Below are positions 22,701 to 37,700 of a stretch of DNA of 64,000 nt, piece after piece (position 1 is the stretch's first letter; each line of letters starts with the position of its first letter). This stretch comes from Hydrolagus affinis (lineage: Eukaryota): positions 1 through 64,000 of the forward strand of contig JAAILG010000370.1 of assembly GCA_012026655.1 (NCBI GenBank), written 5' to 3'. The translations under genes and the position numbers were made by a program. The notes below the pieces were generated by a model. That model saw only the letters and a program-made list of their open reading frames with translations. It was not told where the DNA came from and ran no database searches.

Positions 22701-25700
22701 TTATTCCTTTTGTGTAGTAATCAAGCAATCCGCATGATGGAAAGACGTGAGAAACCAACGCCTGACATGTTTGGGGAGCTTCTGCAGAACGCAAGCACAA
22801 TGGGTGATCTCAGGAACTGCCCAGTAAGTGCTTTCCTCTTCCTATTAGATGTCCTTGTGAAGATTAAATATGGAAGAATTTTGTGTTGTACTTCTCATGA
22901 AGCAAACAGAAATGAATATTTAAATCCAGTGACTTTCTAATTCAAATGTATGCAAAATCTATTTGGGTTTACATGGTCTTGATGCAGCTATGTAGTGCTA
23001 GCAGGTTCGGTAAAGAGTTTACATTTTTATAATGACTTTCTAGAGGTTCCAAGTGCTTCATGAGTAATTAATTAGTCTAGTATAGTGAACCTTTTTTGTG
23101 TGTAGACATACTAGACATTTGTAATAGCAAGGTCCTACAAACTTATCAGATGAATATCCAATGCAGCTGGAGAATTTTTAGCCTGGATTAAAGTTAATCA
23201 TTCATTTTGGCTGTTATTTTGCATTGATATTGGGGTAAAGTTGTAGGGAAAAGCTAAGATTATTTTTATTATTTATTTTTAGGAAATTGGGAGTAAACAA
23301 AGTTTTTTAAAAAAAACTCCTTAAAATATAGATATTTTCAGGTCCAACTTTGATTTGTTGAGGTATGGAAGCATTTAGTTTATTTGTTATCTTTTTCAAT
23401 CCTACTGTACCAGGAAGTAAACTATTCAAAGCACAATTGACTTAATGTGATTCTTTTGTGTTGAAAATGCCAAGCTCTTTTACTTCAATGGGAAGATGGC
23501 TGTGAATGTAGCTGGAATTTGAATGGCTGTAATTTATTGATGAACACGCAGAGTTCAATAAGTTTTTAAGATTTTGGTATCTTGATCACATGCAGATTGA
23601 GTGGTATCAAAACAAAATAGTTTCATTGATAATTTAAATTATTTGAATGAAGCAGTGAACAGATAGGTGACTTTGACATAAATAAAGGCATTTGGATTAA
23701 AATGTTACCAACTTGTGCACCTGCAAAAAGTGCTGGTGTCTAGTAGTCTTTGGATAGTTGCCCTTTTTTTTTACAGCAACAACAGTTATGTTTTGAGTTG
23801 CCTATTGATCTTTTTATTATTAAATTATTTCAATATCAAGCTTTCTTAAGCACAAAATTGTAAAACATGTATGTCATAATTTTCCAACTTTCCAGACTAC
23901 GCTTATTAAAATAAATAATACTACCCTGCAAGAAGTTTTGTAGAATCTGCAGTTTTGCTGTTTGTCTTTCTCTCCCTCCACCCCCACTGCCTAATATAAA
24001 GAGGGAAATCGGGGCACAGTCAAAGGGTCAGATCAACGCTAATTGCTTTTGGTAGCAGCTAGAAGCTCATTGAAGTGGCATCCCTCATTACTCTACCAAC
24101 ACAATGTATGTGAGGGTCTCATTAAAAATTGGTGTTGGATCTCTTCCCATGTTTGTGGTCGAGTGGAAGAAGATAATTATTGGTCTTCAATGCTGTTTTA
24201 AAGCTCTATTTTATGTATTCTGCTGTTGTTCTCAGTATCACGTTGGTGTGTTGTGACACATAAAGCTGAGAAGCAGTTGGGGTTAAAGTAAACTTGACTT
24301 TATTGATTGTGATTGAGGGTTACCGATATTTGATATTCTCATTGGCATCAATTGCAAAAAAGTTTTGAGAATATGAGTCTATGCTAATGCATAATTTGGG
24401 TTAGATAGAGTCTTGGACCTTCGGGCAGTTAAATATTCATGTAACCCTATAATATTCCAAAATGCTTAAATGAATAAATCCTTGATATTGCGTTTCTGGA
24501 GATAGATACTGAGATTATTGCTGTTAGTAAATCACACTAATTATTCAGCATATTACTACTGCTGAGTGGTGATTGATCACTGTCAGTAGTTAATTGGAAA
24601 CTGCAAAGCACTTTTTAAAGCGCTCATATTGTTAATGAGTTTGACATTACTTTGAAATTAAATATGGAATATAAAATTAAAACTATTATAGAATAAAAAT
24701 GCAGCATCTTGGTTTAAACAAGGAAATTGCAAAGACTAGACCACTGATCATTCTAAGTAGCTTCATTCACTGCCATAAAAGTTATTGCTGTATTGATGCT
24801 TAGTGATGTGTGGTTGGTAAACATTTTGTTTCTAAATAGTTTAAAAAATGTGTTGTAGTAATTTTACTATGTTTCCATAATGAGCAAAGGAATAATATTT
24901 AAAATAATTGTGAATATAAAATGTTTAGAAACGTGTAATAATTTAGAGAGCGTGGGGGGCAATGTAAAGTTTTTAATTTCTTTGTTTTTCAATAATATTA
25001 TTTTGTTTCCCAACATCCTTTACATACTGCAGAGCCTGCTGGAAAGATGTTGTTCCTAACAACCTTCTGCAGTGTGTAAGGGAAAAATGAAACCCAATAC
25101 TTTAGTTCAATTTCTTTAAAGATGGTTACAAATGGTAATGCAATTTGATGTACTACACATAGAAGGGAGCTGTTTGTCAGAACACAGCTGTGCTGCTGTT
25201 AGCCACCGGAAGTTACTCCAATTGAATTGCTAAAACCAATTACATTAATTTCAACAAACCATGCAATTGAGATTACAGGACATCATTTGTAATGGCCTGC
25301 ATGACCTCCTTTTTTTTAAATCCAGAAAGGAATATGGTTTAGATAGCAAAACATGTATGTTGTATTAAAGCATCAACTGTTTGTACTTCTACAAATTTCC
25401 AACTAAGTAACGTGCATTTATTCACGTTGTTTGCACAATATTTTGTTTGCAGATATTTCCATTTAGTTATTCATCTTTGAAGTTAAATCCATCAATTTAG
25501 TTTCATGTATTCTATTCAATACATCAAAAAAGCTGTTCTAGTTTATTTGTGTGCCAATTATCAGCATTTTAGACTTAATAATTAACAGCATTTTACAGGA
25601 ATTCTTTTTAGTTCCTCCCTGATCACAAGTAATTATTCCATCACCATCTTTTTTTTAAAAAAACTTCCATATATATAAAAAGTACATATACTTGGGAAAA

Positions 25701-28700
25701 TGTCACCATATGTCGTTAAACTAGGTTGAGAGAGCAACTGTTCTGTTTCTTTGACATGATCTTTTGAAGCTGCAGGCCACCCACTCAACCATTTTGTGTG
25801 TTTAAATTATGTAATGCAAATGCAAGATGACCCTTTGTCACAATCTCTTCAACATTACTGTGATTTGATGTGCCTGCATCTTATAAAATTAAAAATTTGC
25901 ATTTATGCTGTCCCATTGTGAATTGTAATGTAAATAGGATAGCTCAAAGTCAATATTTCTTGGACATGGGGAGAATTGTAATGGAAAAACTCCTGGTTCT
26001 AGTTCGAATGGGTTTAGTAAGGCTTTGATTCTGTGGCATACCAGGATTACAGCACTGAACTGAAGAAACTGTTCAATTGTAAAGAGGATTGAATATATTT
26101 GTAACATTCAAGGACTTTGCTACTAATCCTCATCTGTTTTGTACATGGTGAACAATTTTAACGAATTATTGTAATCTGAGCTTAATATTCAACATTTTAA
26201 TGCACTGCCAGCAAAAAAGGAGGCCATTTGGCTGAATAACAAAATTAGCTAGTGCAAATTATATTGCAGAAGTTACATAACTTAAGTCCAATTCCATGCT
26301 CTTTTCCTATTACGTAATTATTATTAAATATTGTTTCTAAATACTATAAAAGGGTTCCATTCACTTCTCTTTCTTATATCCACAAAAGTATAATTATTTA
26401 TGAGCATGTATAATTTGACTTTGAAAAATTGCTCTTTCGCAATTTTCATCAATATTCATGTCAATTCTAACCTTTGGATTATGCCTTATTAAAAAAAACT
26501 TGGATAATTTTAATATCTTTTTCCCACTATTTTGTTTTTCATTTCAGTAGCTTCAGAAATCTGGAAAATGTTATATAAGATGTTTCCCTTCATTGGCAAA
26601 CAATTTAAATTTGATTGGTAGCATAGCATTCACCTTAGGTGAGATATGTCAGCAATGTGGAATGGAATTGTTTCGACCCAGTGTCAGCATTTGAGGCATT
26701 ATTAGATGAGGTTTGAGAAAACTGGACACCATTAAAGCTCCCTTCATTCTAGCTAAACAATGCATCTTAACTTCAATGTGAGACTGTTAAACTGTTCTGA
26801 GGTATAGTGTGATAGAACAACAACATGCTCTTGTCTATTTTTGGAAGGGTGAAAGCCTTCAATTCAAATGTCAGAAATATTTGTTTTATGTTCCCTTTAC
26901 AGAGCAACTGTGGTGAGAAGATAAGAATCCGCAGAGTATTAATGAACTCCCCCGAGATTATCACTATCGGTTTAGTATGGGACTCTGATCATTCTGATCT
27001 TGCTGAAGATGTCATCCATAGCCTAGGAACATGCCTCAAACTGGGAGATGTAAGATAATGAATATTTGTGTTATTCTGTTTTCCCAAACAAAGTCTATAT
27101 CTGTAATTACAGAGGAATTTGCAATTTAGTTGCGTTGCAAGATAATGTGGCTCTTTTAGGTTAAAGCACCAATTTATTTATGAATAGTCAATAAAGAGTT
27201 TGTGAACTAGCTGACAAAAAAAACCCTGATTTCAATTTGTTTTCATTAAAGACCAGAATGTTAGTTAAAAGTTTTTGAATTTGACATTCTTTGTTATTGT
27301 ATGTTGTGATTGATTTTAGATGTAGCCTTTTGCAGGATTTTTATCAAGTTCATGTATTACCATTTGTTCTTTGCAGTTATTTTATCGGGTGACGGATGAC
27401 AAGGCCAAGAACACTGAGCTCTATTTGGTGGGGATGGTGTGTTACTATGGTAAACACTATTCCACTTTCTTTTTCCAAACCAAAATCCGCAAATGGATGT
27501 ACTTCGATGATGCTCATGTAAAAGAGGTAAAACTATCCTGAAATGTTTATTTATAACACTAATGCAATTTTGTTCAGATATCATGGTTAATCAGAACTTT
27601 AAAGTTAATAATGTCCATAAATTTGTTCTCATTGATAACTGTATCCATCAAATGCTTTATACTTGGTTTATTATTTTTTTTAAAATTTATTTATTTATTT
27701 ATTTATGTATTTTCCACACAAGATTTATAATTAGCTTTTCAAAGCATGCATTCTGACAGTGGAGGTTGAGTACTGCTGGGAGGCAGACCCTCTGAAACTA
27801 GGTTGCACTAACTAAAGGGAATGCAACACATTTGATAGTGTATAAAATGTTTTAAACAAATACTGAATATACTGGTGTTTGCTTTTATTAAATTGTTCAA
27901 ATTCAAGTCCTACGGTTAGATTGCAGCAACAGTGTATGCATTTACAAAATGATAAGATTGTTCTTAAGTTTGGTGTTGGAATGTGAGAATGCCTTACCAG
28001 AACCGTTAAAGTTGTTCATAACAGCATTTAGAAAGAATTGGATATATACTGGAGAAAATAATGTTAAAGGGTACGAGGAAATAGCAAGAGAATATGATTT
28101 AGAGTAGATAACTACACTGGCTGAGCTAGCTCTTGTACAAACATTGAACTTTCTATGATTCTAATGCATGAGCTCTTGCTTCTGGTTCAAGCTGTAAGCA
28201 CTTTGACAAATTCTATTTACCACAGATAAAAGGTTATAATTTATTATAACAATATATTGTAATTGTAAATAAATTTATGTTCAACCTCAAGAACATGTTT
28301 TTAGATATCCAAGCCAACCCCTTTGTACCTCTGATATAGCGTGAGCCTGCTTACGACATAGTTGAACTGTGGATCCATTGTATATTGGAATGTTCTCGTG
28401 CTGGCTGACTGGCTCCCTGTGCACTGGACACAGGCGCAGAATCTTCCCAGCATTTTCGCAGTGTTCCAGTAACTGGAATACTTGTCAGAGTGATTGCCAG
28501 CTGTCTTGGGTCACAGGACGTAAAGTCAATAGTTACCTGACGACTGCGAAGTGCTGATGGTGGCCATTTTTAGTGAACCCTATTATAAAATGTGGCTTAA
28601 GATTGTGAATCCAAATAATGCTTATGTAGTAGTGATTTATTATATGCAAAGAATAACATTTTGATACTGAAGAAGCAGTTAAAAAGCTGCAGCTCAGCTA

Positions 28701-31700
28701 ACTATATTTTACTTTAGATTGGACCAAAATGGAAAGATGTGGTGACTAGATGCATAAAGAGTCACTATCAACCTTTGCTACTACTTTATGCTGATCCCAG
28801 AGGCACACCTGTGTGTGTGCAGGACTTGCCTTCAGTAGACATCCATCAATACAACAGAACTTACTATGACAGTGAAGATTCAGGCAAGTTTGATATTTCA
28901 TTACTCATCGGTGTTTAATATCTATACAGGTAGGCAAAACACATTAAAGATTCATTCATAATTATTAACTCAGCTCTGTTTTAAAGATTTACTGCAGAAG
29001 AATTCAACAACTGCTTAAAAAGCCCCCTTTTATATTATCTTTTCCCACATCATTCACATAGCTAGGTTGTGGTCTGTTAAATCTCATGAGCAGATTGGTA
29101 GGCGTTGTGCAAAAAAAAATAGTATCCTAACTGAAGCCTTTGATTTTAACTGTGCAGCTCTCATAACATGGATGTGATTGGGACAATTGCTGCGATGCAT
29201 TGATTATAAAACCATATCTTACCAATGTGTTCCAGTTTTTTGACTAATCTTTCATGCTCCACAAAATAATTTTGGGGGACAATATATTACTTTATGAAAT
29301 TTACAGTGTATTCTAGCTTGTCGTTTAAATATTTCAATTATATGTCCTTCAAATCATTATTTTGAACTCCTATCTCAAAATAGATCATTTGTTTCTGCAA
29401 ATGTTGCCTGAAATGTATCTGTAACCTATGTAGGTTCATTCCTTTTCTGACTTGTTTTTCTGAACAGAATTTATCATCACAAGTGCTGTGTTCCTTACCA
29501 CTTTCAAAACCCTAATATTAGTGATGCATGTGTTTATCTACTAATGCATATTCCAAAACATAGGCATACTGTGTGCAATGTCTGCTGTGTTTCACCCACA
29601 AATATACAGTCAATTCACTTTGCAGTCTACTCTGTAAAGCACTTTGAGACGTCTGGAAGACGTGAAAAGCGCTACACCAAATGCAAGGATTATCATTATT
29701 ATTGCTGCTGAAAACTCCAAAGCAAGACAAAATGGTTTTGGCAATGAGAGAATTGTTGGTAATGGCCCTCATACTCGCTTCCCACATCTGTAGGATTATA
29801 CCTCACAGAGGATGGAAAATTAGATGTTAATTGTCTGTTCGTTTGGCCAGGTCACAATGCCATTGTGAAGCTTTACAAACTGATTTGTTGCTAGTTTGCG
29901 GTCAGGAGAGAAGCAAAGAAGTAGAAAAACATTGTATTATTACTGATAATTCTGCTGGTTATGCAGTTGGAATCTAACTTTAGTTTTCATGATCCTCTAA
30001 GGATTTCAAAAGTTCAAACATGCCAAAATAAACAATAAGAACAAAAGGATCTTTCACATAACTATATATTGCAGCTTTTTATGTTTAGAAATTTGGAAAG
30101 GAGTTTCAATAGTAACTCCCAATCTCTTAGGGAGTTGACATTTCTTAGAAGCGATGTAACCTAGTGTAGTGATTTTTTCTTTCTCCTGTTTTTTTGCTGA
30201 GCACAACACTTGGGTTTCCTGTTTTTCTCGGATAACTGATATATTTGACAATGTAGAAAATTGCTTTTGAAACTATTACCCTTGAAAGTTTCAAAGTTTG
30301 AAAGATGTATATATGTTATAGGATGATTAATTAGTTTACTTTAACAATTCTAAAATGAAAGGCTTTTGTTTCCGAAGTTTGATTACACTCTTAGAAAGTG
30401 AAGAAATATGCGTTAAAATTGGTGCTCAGCAAACCTATTTAGACAATAGGTGTAACGTTTAGAAATATATTCTCTTGTCAGCTAAATATGTGTTATTTTG
30501 TTTGCTTGTCCTTTTGTAGGAAGAGAGCCATCGATATCCAGTGATAGCAGGACAGATTCTTCTAATGAAAGCTATCATTATAAACATAGTCATCATGAAT
30601 CTGTGGCCAGCCATTTCTCCTCTGACTCCCAGGGTACGGTGATTTACAACATGGAGAATGATACAGCCTCTGAAAGTAGCAGAGACACAGGTACTCTAGA
30701 TTGATATAAATAATAACTACAGTAGGTAGATAAATGAAAAAAACTGTCAGATGGTATATAGATAGATAAATTGATGTGCAAAATACAGGTGATATTAACA
30801 AAGGTAATTTTGGAGTGAAGATAGATGAGTTAAAATGGATTAAACTAATTACAGTAGAAGCCCATTTATCCGTGACTCGATGCACCGGCACTTCCGTATA
30901 ACCAGCACGCAAAAAAAAAAAAGTCCCCATTCGATAAACCGAAACTTATTCGGAACAATAGCAGTGGAGCATTTGTAAATGCATAAATAATAACATAACA
31001 ACAGAATACTGCATTGGCACTCACCATCAAAATCATTCTCCTGCGCCCCCCTACCCCCACTGGTAAATGCTGCACTTGAAGCCATGATGCTGCGGTTGAG
31101 GTTTACAGTCTAGCGACTCCCCCCAAAATGGAGCACGGCAAGCGGGCGAAAAAAACTTTAAAGTCATACTAGGGGCAAGCTGATAACGCTAGCCGATAAT
31201 GCTAGTCCCACATTGTCGCACAGCTGCAGTATTGCGGTTTGCCGTTGGTAGAGTCTAGGGCTTCGGCTTGCAGCTAGTAAAGTCGCGCAACTTTAAAATT
31301 GCGCTGCCGTTTTTTTCACCCGCTGGGTGCCTCCCATTCAAAAAAGAATCGCTGGACTGCAAACCCCAACCAGCAAAGATGAGAAGTGCAAGAGAGCAGC
31401 CCCAACAACAAGCACCAACACAACATTCTGTCACTATCTGCCATTACTTAGTCTGATATGTATGGTGTGCGTTAAAAGAACTTTAATTTTTTTGTAGTGG
31501 GTTTTCGGTTGCGGGCCGCCCGAATATCCGGCAGGCGCTTTAACCGACATTGGCCAGGTCCCATGGGTGCCGGATAAACCGGCTTCTACTGTATTTCCAA
31601 AAGGATTTCAACATCAATCTTTGAAAAATAATTTTTTTTTGAAGACTAGCTGCAATCATGGACCTTTCTTCTGTTACTAGTGTAGAACTTAAGCTGTAAA

Positions 31701-34700
31701 TGTTATATAATGGAAAGCCTAGATTTTAAAAGCTGCGAATAAAAGTGCTTGAAGGCTTAAATGGTTCAAGCATTTCTCCTAATGAAATGTTCTGATTGGA
31801 GCGCACAGTCTGCGGCTCGCTGTGCCCAAAATTGCTTTCTTTTAGTGTGTTGTATTGATTACCCAGCCCGAATGCAATGTAAGATATTCAAATAAAAGTG
31901 AACATTTTTTTTTACCAATTGTCTCTTCAGCTACAATCTGAAGATACAATGGGTTCCATAAGCATTCCTTATATTAATTTATATTCATTTGGATCATCAT
32001 AACTGGCATAAATCTTTGAAGAGCCCTATTCAGTAGCCCTTAATAATATTTTTATTTAAATTATATACTTTGCCCTAGGACACCATACAGACAGTCAATC
32101 TAACCAACATCCTCCTTTCAAAAAAGGGATTTACGTGGACCGGAGAAGGAGTTCCAGCCGACCTCGACGTATTGATAATAGTGGAAAACCTGAAAAAGTG
32201 GATGAAGTTCCATTCTCTGGTTATCACAGTGAAGGTAAGACAAGTTGCCTTTTCTGATATCTGCTGTGAAATACCAAAAACTAAAATGCAGATTGGAGTG
32301 TATTTTAATATATATTTAATATAGAATGTACAGGAAAGTGCATGTCTAAGTCTTGGAATTGCCACTAGTTCATGTTATTTATTTTAAATTGTAGGTGAGA
32401 CGCTAAAGGAAAAACAAGCACCAAGAACTGGACCAAAAGTTGCTTCTAGTAGACTAAAAGACTTCAGAGAAACCATGAGTAACATTATTCACAACCGGCC
32501 TCTGCACAGCCAAGACCAAAACAGCAATAAACCTATTCAAGCAAAGGCAGCGGACTATGTTGATGGTGGTAATGCAGGAGTGTCCAATGAACAATCACAC
32601 GACTGGGAAATGGAAAATACCAGCAGTCAGTCCAAGATTAATACATCCAGTAGATGCAAAACCTATTTGTGGAAACCCAAAAGAGAAGTCCTCAACATTG
32701 ACAGTATTTTCAGCAAGGAAAAGAAGAGAAATACAAGTTATGCACAGATAAATTCCATGTCAGAGGATGGTATTAAAAATTCCAACTTGAATCACACTGA
32801 AAGTTCAGTTGGACATAGCATTTCTCCTTTGGCATTAGACAATACAAAGTATGAAGGAAACGCTGTGCAACTGAATCATGATAAATATGAGAAACCTGGG
32901 TACATGAGCAAAACTATACAACAGACTGGTATCTCTAGTCTTGGAGAAAATGAGCGTCTTATCCAGCGAATGGAGTCAGGTTATGAGAGCAGTGAGCGTA
33001 ACAGCAACAGTCCAGTGAGCCTGGACACCTCAATAACTGATGGGCTGCCAGGTGGAGTTCACAACGCTAGTGCCAATCCTTTCAGGTAAAACTCAATTCT
33101 GACTGTTTAACACATTTCTTGACTGATTTTTGCCCATAGTATTCATGATTTGTATTAGTTTTATAACATTTGTTTGTCATTGTTACTGTTACAGCAGTAA
33201 TTCATTTTATAATGCTGTATTTTGAATAGTAGGATGTAATTGAATACTGAACATGCTGATATGTGATCGAAAATACTCTTGTAATAAAAATGGGTAGTTT
33301 GCATCTTATATTGGACATAATTGATAAGAGCTGAATGTCCAATCGTACCAGTGGACAAGAAATTGCCATAGTTATAAGCATTCAATAGCATCATTTTCAG
33401 TCAAAAGTATTATCAGCTTTGAATTTTGCTCTGACTGTAGATTAAGCTTTATAATGTTCACAAGTGTTCAAATGTTCTTGATACAGTAGCAAGACTAGTT
33501 TGCATTTTGTTCCTCTCCCACCACTCCATCCATGAAGCCCTGCAACAACAAAATTATACTTGTATAGCTCCTTTCACGTCAGGAGGATGTCCCAAAGCGC
33601 TGGACAGTCATTGTTTCAGGCCTGAGCTGGGATTTGGAGGGAAAGGAGGGGATTTGGGGAACCGTCAAAGAGGAGCAACTTTAGCTGGGACTTGAAGAAG
33701 GCCAGGGAGGGGGCAAGGCGGAGGGACTATGGGATGGAGTTCCAGAGGTTGGGGGCAGAGTGGCGGAAGGCTTGCTTGCCAATGGTGGGGTGGGTGGTCT
33801 GGGTCTAGAGCAGGCTGGAACCTGCTGAGTGGAAGGGCAGGCCGGTTGGTACAGGGTTAGGAGGTTGCAGATGTAGGTTGGGGCGAGACCTTGGGGGGCT
33901 TTGAATGTGAGGACCAGGATCTTGAATTGGATCCTCTGGGTGATAGGGAGCCAATGGAGTCGGGCGAGGATGGGGGACATGGGATCACAAAGCTTGTAGT
34001 GGTAGACAACACAGGCCGCAGAGTTCTGGATTATCTGCGACATCTAGAAAAAGTAGAAAGCACTGTATCAAATGGAAGGATCATTATTAAATTGAGAGAG
34101 AAAAACAATTATTTTAGTTGGATGCATATTATATAAAAAAAAGCATATTGTTTACTTGTGATTCATCTTCCTGTGCAACACTGTATCCTGGGCAAACTTT
34201 TAGCAATGTTTTTTTCTTTTTCATATTCTCCAATTTCCCAGTTTGTAGTACAGTTGGCAATGCACTTGCCACATGATCAGAGTCTGTAACAGTGTCTAGT
34301 TCATTTTCTTTCTTTCCTGGGTTAGCCTGTCTGAGCAAAGGGAGGGCAGCAGTACACTAATGAGTGCATGACTGACAACATACATAACTTGTTGGGCTTT
34401 ATGTCCCTGGGTTATGAAGAGGAAATATGCATCACATTTGTATTTCACATTGCTGACCTTTGTTTGAAAATGTAATTTCATGGGTATTTGGATGTGGACA
34501 CAATTGGACATGGCTCGATGCTTCTCTGGCTGCTAACACTTGCCTTGATTCACAAATGAAGAATGACAATGAGGATGAGATGCTAGAGGGTAGCCAAGTC
34601 CTACATAACCGGATTGCAGTATAAGTCTATATTTTAAGGAAAGAAAGGGAAGTATTCAGACAGGAGAACCCTTCATCTGATATTTTTGGAAAGTTGTACA

Positions 34701-37700
34701 ATCTGTGGACATTAATGCCATTCTTGTAGATGTAGTTTTACATAATTGTGCATATTATTCTTTTCTGCTTGATTTAAAGGGAAACTAATGTCAAAAAACC
34801 TGTCAGTTCTGGTCCTTCATGGAAAAGTGTACCCAAGTCCAAGAGCAGCAATGCCTTACAACGTGAACCTTCAACAGCCTCCAAGAGCTGGATGAATATG
34901 CAGCAGAGTTTCAGTAAGTTAATCTACTGCCTCATAACTTATGTTAACTTGTTTTTAAACTGCATCCTGCCACTTGGACTGTATTGTGTAAACTTTACCA
35001 TGAAAATAATGCATTGAATCCAAATAATTACTAAGTAACCTTTTAAGAATGTAAAAAAAAATGCATTTGACTCTTTAGAACATTTTATATTTAATTGTAT
35101 CAATTGTATTAAAATCTATAGTTATAACAATTTTTGACATGTTCAGAGCGAGATGTGTGATAATAAAATGTTGCAGGAACTATTTATGATAGGGTAAGGT
35201 GCAGCTTTTTGTTAGTTGTACTGTAGTTTATGCAAGAACCAATTTTGTCTGTAAATATATTGGCCTTAAATTTAAAGAAGGTTTCTAATGAACATGTGAC
35301 ATCTAAAGGACCCTATTTGAGGCATGGAATTTCACATTGGAAATGATGGCACTCTCACTGGTTGCTATCCTATAAAAGTACAATGAACTCCTGATAACTC
35401 GACACAGACTTAACTAGCAACTTCAAGATCCTCACATTTGTATTCAAATTCCACTCACTCCCTAGCACCTCCCTACCTTTCCAACTTCCTCAATCCCCAA
35501 ATGATTGGCAATGGCCTCCTGCTCATCCCTCACACCCACCGTTCGGCTTGTAGTCAGGCTTTGTCACTGGTAAGCACTCTGAGATACTACCCGGTGTGCA
35601 GGGCGCTATATAAGTGCAGGTTGTTGTCGTCTTTGCCACTTTAAGTCATTATACTGTTAATATCCTGATTGCTTTTATTTACGCATTAATACATAATACA
35701 TTAAGCAATAAGCCACTATGGATAACTGGATAACTCCTCACTGAGACCTTTTCCTTTGGAGTGACAAGTTATCAGGACTTTACAGTTTTCCAGCTTTGTG
35801 TTCCAACATATTATGTAGGATTGGTTCAGTAATACAGATATTTGCCTGTCAGGCCAACCTTAAATGACTTTCATTTTGAAAACATTGTGCAATAAAACTC
35901 ACATGAGTCGTATCAGTCAGGACCATGACATTTAATATGACTTGCCTGAAGTCCAAGTCAACGCCTTGGGAAGTCCTCCTGATGTGAAAGGTACTATACA
36001 AATGTAATTTTTGTTTTTTTTTGTTGTTGTGAAGTCTGAGTTGAGGGAAATCTGGTATAAATTGTAGAAAATCAGATTTAATCAATCTACACTATGTAAT
36101 TCAAAGCAATAATTCAATCTCTTCAATGCAGCCGGCAAATGCAGATGCAGTACTTACTCACTGAAGTCGTTAAGTGCGTCTGTGGGGTGGCAGGTCAAGA
36201 GTAGCTCTCTGCTTGGGCTGCTGTTTTCAGCACAAAAAACTAGCTGCAATCTGAAACCATTTCCTAACAGATTGATTTGGCAGCAATGGCTCAGTAAAAT
36301 ATCTCATCCTATTTTAGCTGACAATAATTAAGAGCTGTGGCATCTGGGGATACTTTTAATATTAAATACATTTTTAATCAATATGTTGCGGTGAGATAAG
36401 TTCATAGTGGTAGAAAGATCAAAAATGTATTATTTGATGCGCTTTTCTCAGTCTTGCAACAATGTCAATTGTGTCCAGACTAGATCACCAGTACAATTTC
36501 CAGTCTTTCCAAAATAAAATGTAAAGAACATAATCACAAACCATAGTGGAGAATAGATCAGTCAAGAATTAATTTTAAACAATAACATGAAATTAAAAAA
36601 AAAATCAAAGATACTAATCTTTGTACTGTATTTGGATAGTGGACATAATTACTAATTACACCGTCATTAACTTAACAAAATTACATTTATAGAGTGCCTT
36701 TCACATCAGGTGGAGAGACTAGCCATACTTAAAGGTCTTTAGAAACCATTTTGATATAAAAAAAAGTGTTGCTTTTCTTAAAAACATTTTTTTTCATTTA
36801 TGCAATTTAATGCAATCTTCCATTTAGTTGGATATTCAATAACTTTCCACCCTAAATTCCTGTTTTCACTGATGCAATCAGCTCACAAGAACACTTGCAT
36901 AATAACAAGGTCAGGCAATCCACCCAGATTTATGCCAACAAAGCTATCCAGCACTAATCATGATGATGCAAACATTACCTGACTGAATAAGTTGAGCATT
37001 TGATTTTAAACAGATGTGTAAGAATTTGTCTTCAAAGCTCAAATGGTTCCTGTTTGCAGATGATAGGAAAATTGAAACAATCACACAAATGATATGTTAA
37101 CCCAATTACCTAAGTGCTAAGGGTTAACCCCCACTCACCAAAAAACAAAAAAATCACTCCAATCCATGACTCTTTGTGGGACACTTGTGCACAATTGGCT
37201 TCCACTTTTTGTCCACAAATGTACAGTCAACTCACTTTACAGTATATTCTGTGAAGTGCTTTGAGCCATCTAGAAGATGTGAAAAGTACTATACAAAATG
37301 CAAGGATTATTATTACCCAAATAATTACTTTGGAGCTTTATCTGAAATGGCAAATGTGGCTGTTTGCATCATATTAGCATCCAATTGCTAATACAATTAT
37401 TTTATGTCACAAAAAGTTTGCTGGTATCCTTCAAAGATATACTCCCTCATTTGTATCATGCTTTCAGATGTAATGCTGCAATAGCTTGGCTCTCAACATG
37501 TTCATGTCAGCACGTAGCATATAGTAGCAGATGGCTTGATGTGTGAATGGCAGCAGTGACCTGCATCATATAGCAGCAGATGGCTTGAGGCTTGTGCAAG
37601 TGGAGCAACTAGTAGAAACAAGATCAGTTGCAGTACTGATCAGCTTAAAACTCAGCTGGACAAATCAGAAGATAGGATACAGCAAAAACTAGGAAATCAA

